Positions 46,231 to 55,854 of a DNA stretch of 64,000 bases are shown piece by piece. The position numbers and the translations under genes are program-made. Each line of letters starts with the position of its first letter. Positions within the stretch are counted from its first letter, which is position 1. The stretch comes from Candidatus Bathyarchaeota archaeon. GTDB lineage: Archaea; Thermoproteota; Bathyarchaeia; 40CM-2-53-6. Location: positions 3,129-67,128 of the forward strand of contig CAWJRR010000008.1 of NCBI GenBank assembly GCA_963845275.1. The letters run 5' to 3'. The notes under the pieces were generated by a model. It did not search any database and was not told where the DNA came from. It saw only the letters and a list, made by a program, of their open reading frames with translations.

Positions 46231-48627
46231 CTACTGTATTGACATGTGTATGCGGAATCGTTCCTCTGGCGTGATCAGGTGATCATGGCTGTCGGAACCC
46301 ACGTCGATCTGAACCCACCGAACCTTACCCGTGAAGTCGTTTCCTCTTACCCCGAAGTCTTTGCAGATCGGGGCCCCCGTCTTGTTCCCGACCTCGGTTA
46401 CTGAGTCTGCCGAGAAAACTACAGCGTGCGTATGTTCCACACGACCTTGACCTACCTGCTTCCCGTCAACGTAGAGTGTCGCCACGCCTCCTTTCCCGAG
46501 CCCGCCGCCATCGTACTTGAACTCCATGCGTACTTGGTGTTTTCCTTCCGGCAGGGTTTCAGACGCTTCCACCATGTAGGTCTCCATGCCGAGGAAGTTG
46601 TAGACATACTTGAGCCTCCCCTGATACGCGTATAGAGCCCATCCGCCGAAGTTTCCGCCCTGAGCAACTATCACTCCTTTAACACCTGGAGCCAATCGAG
46701 GAAGGCGTGTCGCTTTTGGTACCTCGATATTGGCTGTGACTTGATGCGACTTATTCTTGATGTCGATCGTAGTATTGTCGCCACCGAAGTATGCTATGCC
46801 CGGAAAGAGGAGCTGAGTGTTTCCGCTGATTAGTTGAGGCCGGCCCGCCATTGCGGGTATCATCCGCTCGGCCTTCCGGTCATCTAAAGGTAGCACGTTA
46901 TGGCGCGTAGCCTCTATCAACCATAGTCGCTGAAGTTCGTGAAGCTTTTCTGGGTTCGTCTTCGAGATGTCTTCCGCCTGAGTCCAGTCTGTTGGAGCGT
47001 AGAGTTCCCAGACATCATCATCGAATGCTCGCAACTTCTCCGCTGTGAGAAGCCAGGGCGTGCTGTGCTTGGTGACTGCGGTCCAGCCCTTGTAGTATAT
47101 GCCTCGGTTACAGAACATTTCAAAGTACTGAAGCTCGCGGTGCTCAGGAGCTTTGGGATCATCGAACGTGTACGCCATACTCACTCCCTCCATTGGATGC
47201 TGTCCGACACCGTCCACGTTGCGTGGTTCAGGGATTCCTGCCACGTCGAGAATGGTTGGAGCAATGTCGATCACGTGATGGAACTGAGTCCTGATTTGAC
47301 CTTTCGATTTAATGCGGCTAGGCCAGTGAATTATCGTACCGTTCCTCGTGCCACCCCAGTGGGAAGCCACTTGCTTCGTCCACTGGTAGGGTGTGTTCAT
47401 GGCATGAGCCCAGCCCACCGCATAATGATTGTAGGAGTCTCTTCCACCAAAGTCATCCAGGTGCTTCATCAAGTATTCAGGAGTCTCAAGTTCTCCAGCC
47501 CCGTTGAAGTTGCCCATCTCGTTGAAAGTTCCGTTAAGTGTGCCTTCAGCAGAAGCGCCATTGTCGCCTATGATGTAGATTACGAGGGTCTCGTCCAGGA
47601 TCCCTAGGTCCTTCAACGCGTCAATTAATCTGCCAACATGATGGTCGGTAAACTCCATGAAACCTGCGTACACTTCCATTTCGCGCCTGAGTACGGGTTT
47701 CAGGTTTTCTGGCATCGCGTCCCACGCAGGTATCTCTTTGTGTCTCGCAGTCAGCTTCGCATCACTGGGGATGACTCCGAGTTGCTTCTGTTTTGCGAAG
47801 GTACGTTCGCGGAGCTTATCCCAGCCATCGTCAAACTTACCCTTGTACTTATCAGCCCACTCCTTCGGAACATGATGGGGTGCATGTGTAGCACCGGGGG
47901 CGAAGTAGACGAAGAAAGGCTTGTCCGGTGCAGTTGCCTTCTGCGCGCGAATGTAGGAAATCGCCTTATCGGTCATATCAGGAACTAAATGATATTCCGG
48001 ATCGTCGGGAAGCTCAACTCGAGTCGTATTATCGAGAAGCTCCGGGAACCACTGGTTGGTCTCCCCTGCCTGGAAACCGTAGAACCGTTCGAATCCACCG
48101 CCGCCTGCTGGCCAATGTTCCATGGGGCCGATCACGTTATTCTCCCACACTGGAACTTCGTGGCATTTACCGAACTGAGCTGTTGAGTACCCATTTAATT
48201 TCAGGATCTTAGCAACCGGCGCCATATTATTCATACGCATAGAGGTGTAGCCTGGGATAGCGGTCGCTGTTTCAGTAATGGAACCCATCCCAGCCGTATG
48301 ATGGTTACGACCGGTCAGCAACGCTTGACGTGTCGGCGAACAAAGAGCAGTCGTATGGAAACGCGTATACCTGAGACCTTCAGAAGCAAGCCTCTCCGCG
48401 GTAGGCGTATTACACGGTCCACCAAACGCGCTAGACGAACCAAAACCTGCATCGTCAATCAGAATCAGAAGCACGTTAGGCGCTCCAGGAGGAGGACGCA
48501 CGGGCTTAATGGCAGCGAATTTCGAATCCGGATCCTTAGCGTCATAAAGAATAGGCCCAGCGTAAGCGAGGTCAGGTATAGGTAAACTCGACCGGTAACC
48601 TGCCAACGGATCTTTCGAAGATGACAT
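46231..48627 (-). CDS. Arylsulfatase, Cys-type, ~800-aa class, no signal peptide
   Basis: 798-aa ORF. It has NVLLILIDDAGFG, TTALCSPTRQALLTGRNHH and GDNGAS, and is colinear with 29733-32114. Confidence 0.9.
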   Translation of the reverse strand: MSSSKDPLAGYRSSLPIPDLAYAGPILYDAKDPDSKFAAIKPVRPPPGAPNVLLILIDDAGFGSSSAFGGPCNTPTAERLASEGLRYTRFHTTALCSPTRQALLTGRNHHTAGMGSITETATAIPGYTSMRMNNMAPVAKILKLNGYSTAQFGKCHEVPVWENNVIGPMEHWPAGGGGFERFYGFQAGETNQWFPELLDNTTRVELPDDPEYHLVPDMTDKAISYIRAQKATAPDKPFFVYFAPGATHAPHHVPKEWADKYKGKFDDGWDKLRERTFAKQKQLGVIPSDAKLTARHKEIPAWDAMPENLKPVLRREMEVYAGFMEFTDHHVGRLIDALKDLGILDETLVIYIIGDNGASAEGTLNGTFNEMGNFNGAGELETPEYLMKHLDDFGGRDSYNHYAVGWAHAMNTPYQWTKQVASHWGGTRNGTIIHWPSRIKSKGQIRTQFHHVIDIAPTILDVAGIPEPRNVDGVGQHPMEGVSMAYTFDDPKAPEHRELQYFEMFCNRGIYYKGWTAVTKHSTPWLLTAEKLRAFDDDVWELYAPTDWTQAEDISKTNPEKLHELQRLWLIEATRHNVLPLDDRKAERMIPAMAGRPQLISGNTQLLFPGIAYFGGDNTTIDIKNKSHQVTANIEVPKATRLPRLAPGVKGVIVAQGGNFGGWALYAYQGRLKYVYNFLGMETYMVEASETLPEGKHQVRMEFKYDGGGLGKGGVATLYVDGKQVGQGRVEHTHAVVFSADSVTEVGNKTGAPICKDFGVRGNDFTGKVRWVQIDVGSDSHDHLITPEERFRIHMSIQ

Positions 48628-48930
48628 GAAACATCAAACCAGTAGGGATGATAGTTAAAACTTTGCATAATGAATTCAGTGCAGACAGTCCTAGTCCAAA
48701 CGTCCTAGCTTGATTTCACGCGGCGCCGAATAGCTTGTGATCCTCAGGACCACGCAGCCGAGAATCATCGACCCGTGCATGACGATTCCCCTTCCCAACA
48801 CTAGCCTGGGAGAGCTGAGAGAGTGCTTCTTTGATTCTTGAACCGAAGATGTTTTGAATACTCCGCCTTTCTTACTCCTGTGCTGCTCTTGACCGAACTT
48901 TCGGAGGCTCAAAGGCGTTGGCCGATAGGC

Positions 48931-50583
48931 ATGGGCATTTTCCCGATTGCTAAGTCAGAGTTTCCGAGAAACGTCCTCGCCGGTATTACGTTGGCGACCC
49001 TGGCGATTCCTGAAGTTATGGGTTATACGAGAATTTCAGGCACCCCTGTTATTACTGGTCTCTTCACGATTCTGCTTCCAATGGCGCTGTACTCGTTCTT
49101 CGGGTCATCACGGCACTTAGTTGTTGGCGCTGACTCAGCAACGGCCGCAGTTCTAGCAGCTGGGCTACTAGGACTCGCCGCGGTCGGCTCTCCTGAGTAT
49201 GTGGCATATGCGGGCGTACTTGCCTTGATGGTTGCGGGAATGTTGATCCTAGCGCGTTTGGTAAAACTAGGATTTCTAGCGGACTTCCTCTCCCGGACGG
49301 TTCTGGTTGGTTTCCTTGCAGGCGTGGGTATCGAAATCGCTATCAAGCAAATTCCGGACATGCTTGGAATCTCGGGACAGAGCGGCGGAGTAATTCAGGA
49401 AATAGCCACTGATTTTCTGTCAATCTCCAATACGAACGTCTATTCGCTCGCAATCTCGATCGCGCTTTTGGTCGTAATCTTCGGAACGAAAAGAATCTCA
49501 CGAAAAATACCAGTGGCGTTATTTGCCGTTTTGGCTGTGATCGTTGTAAGCTACGTGCTCAATCTTTCTTCGCACGGAGTCCCCGTGCTTGGACCGATTC
49601 CAAGCGGATTACCTCAAATCGCCTTCCCCAACCCACCAATGAATTGGGTCATACTCCAGCAACTATTACCTATAGCCGCATCCATGTTCGTAATCATACT
49701 GGCACAAAGTGCCGCGACTTCACGGGCCTACGCAGACCGCTACAATGAACACCTCGACGAGAACTTGGACCTAGTTGGACTCGGGCTTGCAAACATTGGC
49801 GCAGCTTTGTCCGGCACGTTCGTCGTAAACGGTAGTCCAACGAAGACTGAGATGGTTGACAGCGCCGGAGGTCGAAGTCAGCTCGCCCAACTTACAACCG
49901 TGGCCATCGTACTCGCAGTCCTACTCTTCTTGACGGCTCCCTTGTCCTATATGCCATACGCGGTTCTGGCCGCGATAGTCTTCACCATAGGAGTTGAACT
50001 CGTCGATGTGAAACAAATGCGTCAGATCTTCGTCCAACGTCCGAGTGAATTTTGGGTAGCAGTTCTCACTGCTGGTACCGTAGTCTTCGTGGGAGTCGAG
50101 CAAGGCATCGTACTAGCAATTCTTCTGTCACTTATTGACCATACCCGCCGGGGTTATCGACCGAAGAACATTGTGCTCGCTTTGGACCAAGACGGCGGCC
50201 GGCAAGTAAGACCAGTGAGTAGCCACGCCCAACTTCTCCCAGGCCTAATCGTCTACCGTTTCAACCACAGCATGTACTACGCAAATTGCGAACAACTCAA
50301 AACTGAAGTCCGCGAGTTGGTGATGGGAGCGAAACCCCCTCTCTCTTGGTTCTGTCTAGACCTAGGTGGGGTCGATGACATAGATTTCTCGGCAGCCGAA
50401 TCGCTGCGCCAAACTTTCGAGTTATTGAAGCAACAATCCATCAGACCCATATTCGTTGAGGTGCAAGATACAGCACTCGCCGAATTAGATAGGTACGGGA
50501 TTACCACTCAATACGTCTTCGGACACATTCACGAAGTAGACGCCGCCTACCGGCAGACGATTGAGGGTCACGTCGACAATTGA
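48931..50583 (+). CDS. SulP-family anion (sulfate) permease with a C-terminal STAS domain
   Basis: It has NVLAGITLATLAIPEVMGY, multiple TM helices and a STAS-like tail (LIVYRFNHSMYYANCEQL....DLGGVDDIDFSAAESL). ATG at 48931 is preferred over the listed start at 48838. Confidence 0.85.
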   Translation: MGIFPIAKSEFPRNVLAGITLATLAIPEVMGYTRISGTPVITGLFTILLPMALYSFFGSSRHLVVGADSATAAVLAAGLLGLAAVGSPEYVAYAGVLALMVAGMLILARLVKLGFLADFLSRTVLVGFLAGVGIEIAIKQIPDMLGISGQSGGVIQEIATDFLSISNTNVYSLAISIALLVVIFGTKRISRKIPVALFAVLAVIVVSYVLNLSSHGVPVLGPIPSGLPQIAFPNPPMNWVILQQLLPIAASMFVIILAQSAATSRAYADRYNEHLDENLDLVGLGLANIGAALSGTFVVNGSPTKTEMVDSAGGRSQLAQLTTVAIVLAVLLFLTAPLSYMPYAVLAAIVFTIGVELVDVKQMRQIFVQRPSEFWVAVLTAGTVVFVGVEQGIVLAILLSLIDHTRRGYRPKNIVLALDQDGGRQVRPVSSHAQLLPGLIVYRFNHSMYYANCEQLKTEVRELVMGAKPPLSWFCLDLGGVDDIDFSAAESLRQTFELLKQQSIRPIFVEVQDTALAELDRYGITTQYVFGHIHEVDAAYRQTIEGHVDN

Positions 50584-50640
50584 GGATGCAGATAGTGGAA
50601 ACCGCGTTCAAGAGGAGAATCGCTGAGGAAGTGCAGGCTC

Positions 50641-51181
50641 ATGAAGGAAGTTGAAGTTAAGATAATCGAAATCGACCGAGGACAGGTTGAAGTTAAGCTG
50701 ATGTCTTTAGGGGCTACGAAGACTCTTGATGATGACGTTGACACATTATTCTTCGACTTTCCAGATAACTCAATCTCGAACGCAAAGAACCTGCTACGGC
50801 TCCGGAGAGTCGGAGATAAGACGACACTCACATTCAAGAAATTCGTTGAGAGCGACACGGCCAAAGTCAGAGTCGAGAACGAGGTGACAGTATCCGATCT
50901 TGAAACTGCCAAATCGATACTCCAATCTCTAGGTCTCATCTCAACGCTGCATATGGAGAAGCATCGGACGAGTTACTCGCTTGCCGAGCGGTGTAGAAGT
51001 TGATGTAGACGAGTACACCGGACGGTACTCGCATATTCCGACCCTTCTAGAGATAGAGGGACCGGACGCAGCCACGGTACAGGCACATGCCAAATTGCTC
51101 GGGTTCAAGCCTGAACAATGCAAGTCCTGGACAACATTCGACCTTATAGATTATTATTCTCGTAAGGAATTAGGAACGTGA
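50641..51181 (+). pseudogene. CYTH-domain (class IV adenylate cyclase / triphosphate tunnel) protein, split by one frameshift
   Basis: ORF 50641-51003 starts MKEVEVKIIEI (the EXEXK motif). ORF 50981-51181 carries GVEVDVDEYTGRYSHIPTLLEIEG. The frame change lies near 50978-50985. Confidence 0.7.
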
Positions 51182-53346
51182 AGCCGTTGGAGTCAACACC
51201 CTCGGTCCAGGTCGCGGATGAAGAATCTGTGAAGAGCAGATCGCTGGATGATCCTTCGCTTTTCATAAACCGAGAGGTAAGTTGGATAAGGTTCAACTAT
51301 CGAGTTCTCGAAGAGGCGCATGACACGACTCACCCGCTTCTAGAGCGGGTGAAATTCCTCGCCATCAGCGGAAGTAACTTAGATGAATTCTTCATGACCC
51401 GCGCCTCAATCTTGGAGCAGCACGTCGAAAGAGGCGATTTTGAGCCAACACCCGGCTCTCGCATGACCCCTCTGGAGCAGATTAAGGTCACTAGGAGCGA
51501 AATCCTCCCGCTTCTCAAGAAACAGAAAGAGTGTTGGAAAAAGGAATTAGCCCCAGCACTAGCCAAGGAAGGAATACGCATCCTAGAACCTCAAGATCTC
51601 ACCCCCCAGCAGAGTCGAACGCTCCGTGAGTATTTTGAGAAGGAAATCCTTCCAGTCATGAAGAAACCCGACGCGGAATACGTCGCTGGATACATCTCCA
51701 ACCTTCACGTGAACTTACTTGTAGTCGCTAACGATCCTCGAATGAGCGAGGCCCCGACTAAGCTCTTAGTCGAAGCGCCCACCGACACGTTTGACAGGTT
51801 CATCCGAATACCGCCAGTTGAGGGTCGAAAGAACGAGGATAATTTCATACTGCTAGAAGATCTGGTTGCTTCGAATCTGGATCTACTGTTTCCAGCTTCC
51901 AAAATTCTTAGCTATTATAAGTTTAGAGTGACTCGAAATGCTGAGATAGATGTTGTAGCAGATGAAAAGACTGACTTTCTTACTACGATGGAGTTGAGCA
52001 TAAGACAGAGGCGCCACGGGAAGCCTGCTCGACTTGAGTTCCAAGCTTCTATGCCACAACACTTACGCGAATACCTAACACAAAGCATAGGAGCGTTCCA
52101 TGTTCCAAGCGTCGAAGATGTCCAGTACGAGATTGATGGCCCCTTTGGACTAGTTGACCTCTGGCAGCTCCTCAAACTGAAAAGACCCGACCTGAAAGAC
52201 ACCCCCTTCCAAGGATTCATAGTCCCCGAATTAGGACCCGGTAAACATTTCAGCGAACCAATAGCCGCAAGGGACTATGCGCTCTACCATCCCTACGACA
52301 GCTTCGATATGGTTGTGAACGTTCTCGCAGACGCAGCCATCGACCCAAATGTCACGGAAATCTACATCACCCTCTACCGAATCGACCCGGACTCTCCTGT
52401 AATTTCACACTTGATGAAGGCGGCATCAAGCGGGAAGAAAGTGACAGCCCTAATCGAGCTGAAAGCCAAATTCGACGAGGCAAACAACATCAACTGGGCA
52501 AAGGTGATGACTCAAGCAGGCGTCAAGGTCGTCTACAACTTCCCCAAGATCAAAGTACACGCAAAGCTCGCTCTCATAATTAGAAGAGAGGACGGAAAGG
52601 CGATTCAATATTCACACCTTGGGTCAGGCAACTACAACACGGTCACCACGCGAATCTACGGAGACATAGGCTACTTGACCTCCAACCCCGAGATAGGAGC
52701 GGAAGTCTCTGATCTCTTCAGTAAACTAACTACTGACCCTAGAAAGGCGGGGCCTTACAAGCATCTGCTAGTTGCACCTACCTCGCTCAAGAATGAAATC
52801 CTCAGCCGCATCGACAGGGAAATAGCTTCACACCAGAAGACGAAAGACGGCTATCTTGCCTTCAAGATGAACGGGCTCGTCGATAAGAACATCATTCAAG
52901 CACTCTACAGGGCTTCGCAAGCAGGTGTCAAGATAGACCTTAACGTTCGAGGACTCTGCTGTCTGAGACCAGGCATTCAAGGCATTAGCGAGAACATTCG
53001 CGTCGTATCAATTGTCGGAAGATTCTTGGAACACGCGCGAATATACTACTTCAGAAACGGCGGCGAAGAGGAAGTCCTGCTGGGAAGTAGCGACATGATG
53101 CCGAGGAATCTTGAGAAGAGGGTTGAAGTCTTATTCTCCGTACCCGACCCGAAAATAAAGTTAGCAATATTGCGAATTCTTAACGTGCATTTGAAGGATA
53201 ACGTGAAAGCTAGACGTCTCCTTTCGAACGGCACTTATGAGAGAGTTAAGCCTAGACCAGGCGAGGAACTGGTCGATTCCCAACTCTGGTTGATCAATAA
53301 CAGAGGAGCATGGCATGAGATCCCGCCCATCCCCGAGCATGCCTGA
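51178..53346 (+). CDS. ppk1: Polyphosphate kinase 1
   Basis: 722-aa ORF. It has FINREVSWIRFNYRVLEEA, PLLERVKFLAISGSNLDEFF and KIKVHAKLALI (the phospho-His region). The GTG start overlaps the CYTH stop (GTGA). Confidence 0.9.
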   Translation: MKPLESTPSVQVADEESVKSRSLDDPSLFINREVSWIRFNYRVLEEAHDTTHPLLERVKFLAISGSNLDEFFMTRASILEQHVERGDFEPTPGSRMTPLEQIKVTRSEILPLLKKQKECWKKELAPALAKEGIRILEPQDLTPQQSRTLREYFEKEILPVMKKPDAEYVAGYISNLHVNLLVVANDPRMSEAPTKLLVEAPTDTFDRFIRIPPVEGRKNEDNFILLEDLVASNLDLLFPASKILSYYKFRVTRNAEIDVVADEKTDFLTTMELSIRQRRHGKPARLEFQASMPQHLREYLTQSIGAFHVPSVEDVQYEIDGPFGLVDLWQLLKLKRPDLKDTPFQGFIVPELGPGKHFSEPIAARDYALYHPYDSFDMVVNVLADAAIDPNVTEIYITLYRIDPDSPVISHLMKAASSGKKVTALIELKAKFDEANNINWAKVMTQAGVKVVYNFPKIKVHAKLALIIRREDGKAIQYSHLGSGNYNTVTTRIYGDIGYLTSNPEIGAEVSDLFSKLTTDPRKAGPYKHLLVAPTSLKNEILSRIDREIASHQKTKDGYLAFKMNGLVDKNIIQALYRASQAGVKIDLNVRGLCCLRPGIQGISENIRVVSIVGRFLEHARIYYFRNGGEEEVLLGSSDMMPRNLEKRVEVLFSVPDPKIKLAILRILNVHLKDNVKARRLLSNGTYERVKPRPGEELVDSQLWLINNRGAWHEIPPIPEHA

Positions 53347-53366
53347 ATCCTCCAAAGACGGCTACT

Positions 53367-54924
53367 GTGCGCTTGCAGCAGCTAACGCTTCGCCGGCAGA
53401 CGAAGGAACTTGAAAAGCAATTCGACGGAGCCCGAAAGAATACCAATATCGAGTACGTCCACAAGCTCAGAGTTGCATCCCGCAGACTAAGAGCTTCCCT
53501 CAACGTCTTCGAGGAGTGCTTTGACCCGAAACTCACAAAGAAGTGGAGAAAGAGAACCAGGAACTTGACGAGATCCGTCGGCGCAGCGAGAGACGCAGAC
53601 GTACAAATAGCCTTCTTAGAGAATTACGCTAGAGCCCTTCAGGACCCGGCCGCAACTTCCCGGACTCGAGTACATCTTAGCGTCGAAGAGATCGATCAGG
53701 AAAGGAATGCAGTCCGACGTAATCGAAGTCCTGGACGATCTGAAAGGCTCAAGAATACTCGAGGAAATCTCTGACAGCTGTAAGACAATTTCAACATCCA
53801 CCAACGAACAAGGTATCGCATCGTTAACGACGTTCGAGAGGGCACACGATAAGATAGCTGTAAAGCTTGATCGAGCTGCTGGCCTTCGAACCCTTCGTCC
53901 ACAACGAGGCTGCCGCACCGAAACATCATGAAATGCGCATAGCCGCAAAACGGCTCAGGTACACGATGGAAATTTTCTCACCTATTTACAAGAGTGGACT
54001 GAGCGATCAAATCTCCCTCCTGAAACAGTTTCAAGATGTACTAGGTGACATCCATGACTACTTTGTATGGATGCAAGAACTGAGAGCCGATAGGTCAGAT
54101 ATTCCAATCGAGGCGAGATACGGAGTCACCAAACTGCTGACAGATCTTACGGAAATGAGAAAGACCCGATACAGAAACTTCGTCTTTCTCTGGGATGATA
54201 CAAAAGCCAACGGCCTCTTCGAAAGGATACGACAATTAACAGACGTAGGACCACGAAGCGCAATACTCCAAGAGATACTCCAGAGGGATAGAAGGGTCGC
54301 AGTTATCTCCGACATTCACGGTAACCTAGACGCATTACGCGCCGTTGTTTCCGACGCCCAGGCATTAGGATTGCAGGTTTTCTTGAATGCAGGCGACGCC
54401 GTCGGGTTCGGCATCTACCCAAGTCAAGTCATTCAAGCAGTTCGATCAGCTACTTTCCTGAACGTAGACTGGAAACGTGGACTTAGAAGTCCTTGACACG
54501 CTACGTAATCCCAACTCCAAAGGAGACGAGGCAGGTAAAGAACTCGCTATTGACGAATTAACACCCGTCAGACGTGACGTACCTCCAATCATTACCCAAA
54601 GAATTGCGACTCCAAATCGACGGTAAGACCATCTTAGTCACTCATGGAACACCAGAGTCAGTGGATGAACACCTCTACCCTGATTCTCCAGTAGAACGAT
54701 TCCGAGAAATCGCACTCAAAACGAGCGCTGACGTAATCATCACAGGTCACACTCACACGCCGATGAACAGGGACGTTGACGGCGTGATCTTCATGAATCC
54801 TGGAAGCGTTGGCAGATCGGTCGACGGAGACCCTAGAGCCGAATACGCAGTGCTCAGTCTCGACCCCCTCAGCATAGAGTTCAGGAGAGTGAATACGACT
54901 TCGAAACCGTCGCCAACCAGATGA
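53367..54924 (+). pseudogene. CHAD domain fused to a calcineurin-like metallophosphoesterase, with at least four frame changes
   Basis: CHAD helices are readable: VHKLRVASRRLRASLNVFEECF..GAARDADV, then HEMRIAAKRLRYTMEIFSPIY. The MPP motifs follow: VAVISDIHGN, NAGDAVGFG, GNVDLEV and ILVTHGTPES..IITGHTHTP. The pieces lie in frames 3/1/2/3/1, with switches near 53650-53660, ~53870, ~54465 and ~54565. Confidence 0.7.
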
Positions 54925-55640
54925 GGAAGAAAGGCATGCCAGAGAACCTTGCCCAAGTGCTCGTCCGCGCCCTCCCGTCGAGCGTCATTAAGAAACAGGA
55001 AGAAGAACTCAAGAGAAAACCGGTATGGAAGAACAGATCCACTATCACTAAAGTCAGAGAAATCGCTATGAAGTACCTTCCTGACGAAACACACCCCGAG
55101 CAAGATAGAAAACTTGCTTTGATGATATTCGACAAAACTAAGAAACTGCATCGCCTCGGCAGCGAAGAACGCTACTGGCTCGAATGCGCAGCTCTCCTCC
55201 ACGACATCGGACTCTCCAGAAGCGGGAAGGCGCATCACAAGTCGTCACTCAACCTAATACTGAACGATCCGAATCTTCCATTCACATACAAGGAAAGATA
55301 CCTGATCGGAAGCATCGCAAGGTATCATCGGAAGGCGCTTCCCAACAAGAAACACTTCAACCTCAAACCACTCAACCAAACTGAGAGGGAGAAAGTGGCA
55401 ATTCTCTCATCCATCCTGCGAGTAGCGGATGCATTCGATTACTCTCACAAAGCCATCGTCTCGGGCGTGAATATCAAAACATTTCCTAATCATATCGCTC
55501 TTGAGTGCAGATTCTCCGGAAATCACGACCTCGAGGACATGTCGGTCGGTAAGAAGAAAGATCTCTTTGAGAAAACGTTCAAGAGCGCATTGACGATCGT
55601 CTGGAAACCCGAACTTACTGCTAGACGCATTGCTTCATGA
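54921..55640 (+). CDS. HD-domain protein related to the C-terminal domain of Ppx/GppA
   Basis: 239-aa ORF. It has ECAALLHDIGLSRSGKAHHKSS....IGSIARYHRKALP. Its ATG overlaps the preceding stop (ATGA). Confidence 0.7.
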   Translation: MRKKGMPENLAQVLVRALPSSVIKKQEEELKRKPVWKNRSTITKVREIAMKYLPDETHPEQDRKLALMIFDKTKKLHRLGSEERYWLECAALLHDIGLSRSGKAHHKSSLNLILNDPNLPFTYKERYLIGSIARYHRKALPNKKHFNLKPLNQTEREKVAILSSILRVADAFDYSHKAIVSGVNIKTFPNHIALECRFSGNHDLEDMSVGKKKDLFEKTFKSALTIVWKPELTARRIAS

Positions 55641-55854
55641 GCAGCAACCTCGAAATCCAAAAGCGTATGACAATAAGACTCACGTAGGGTACGTGAACTG
55701 GCGAATAGAATCAAGTACAACCTCGAGTTTGTTGGCTAATCCACTTCAAGTTCTCTTCTGTACACGTTCTCGAACCATGCAGGAGTTCTTCGCGACGGCC
55801 CACCTCTCTAGCAGCAAGCCTCCACGTCCGGCCAGTCGTAACTTTACCTTCGCC

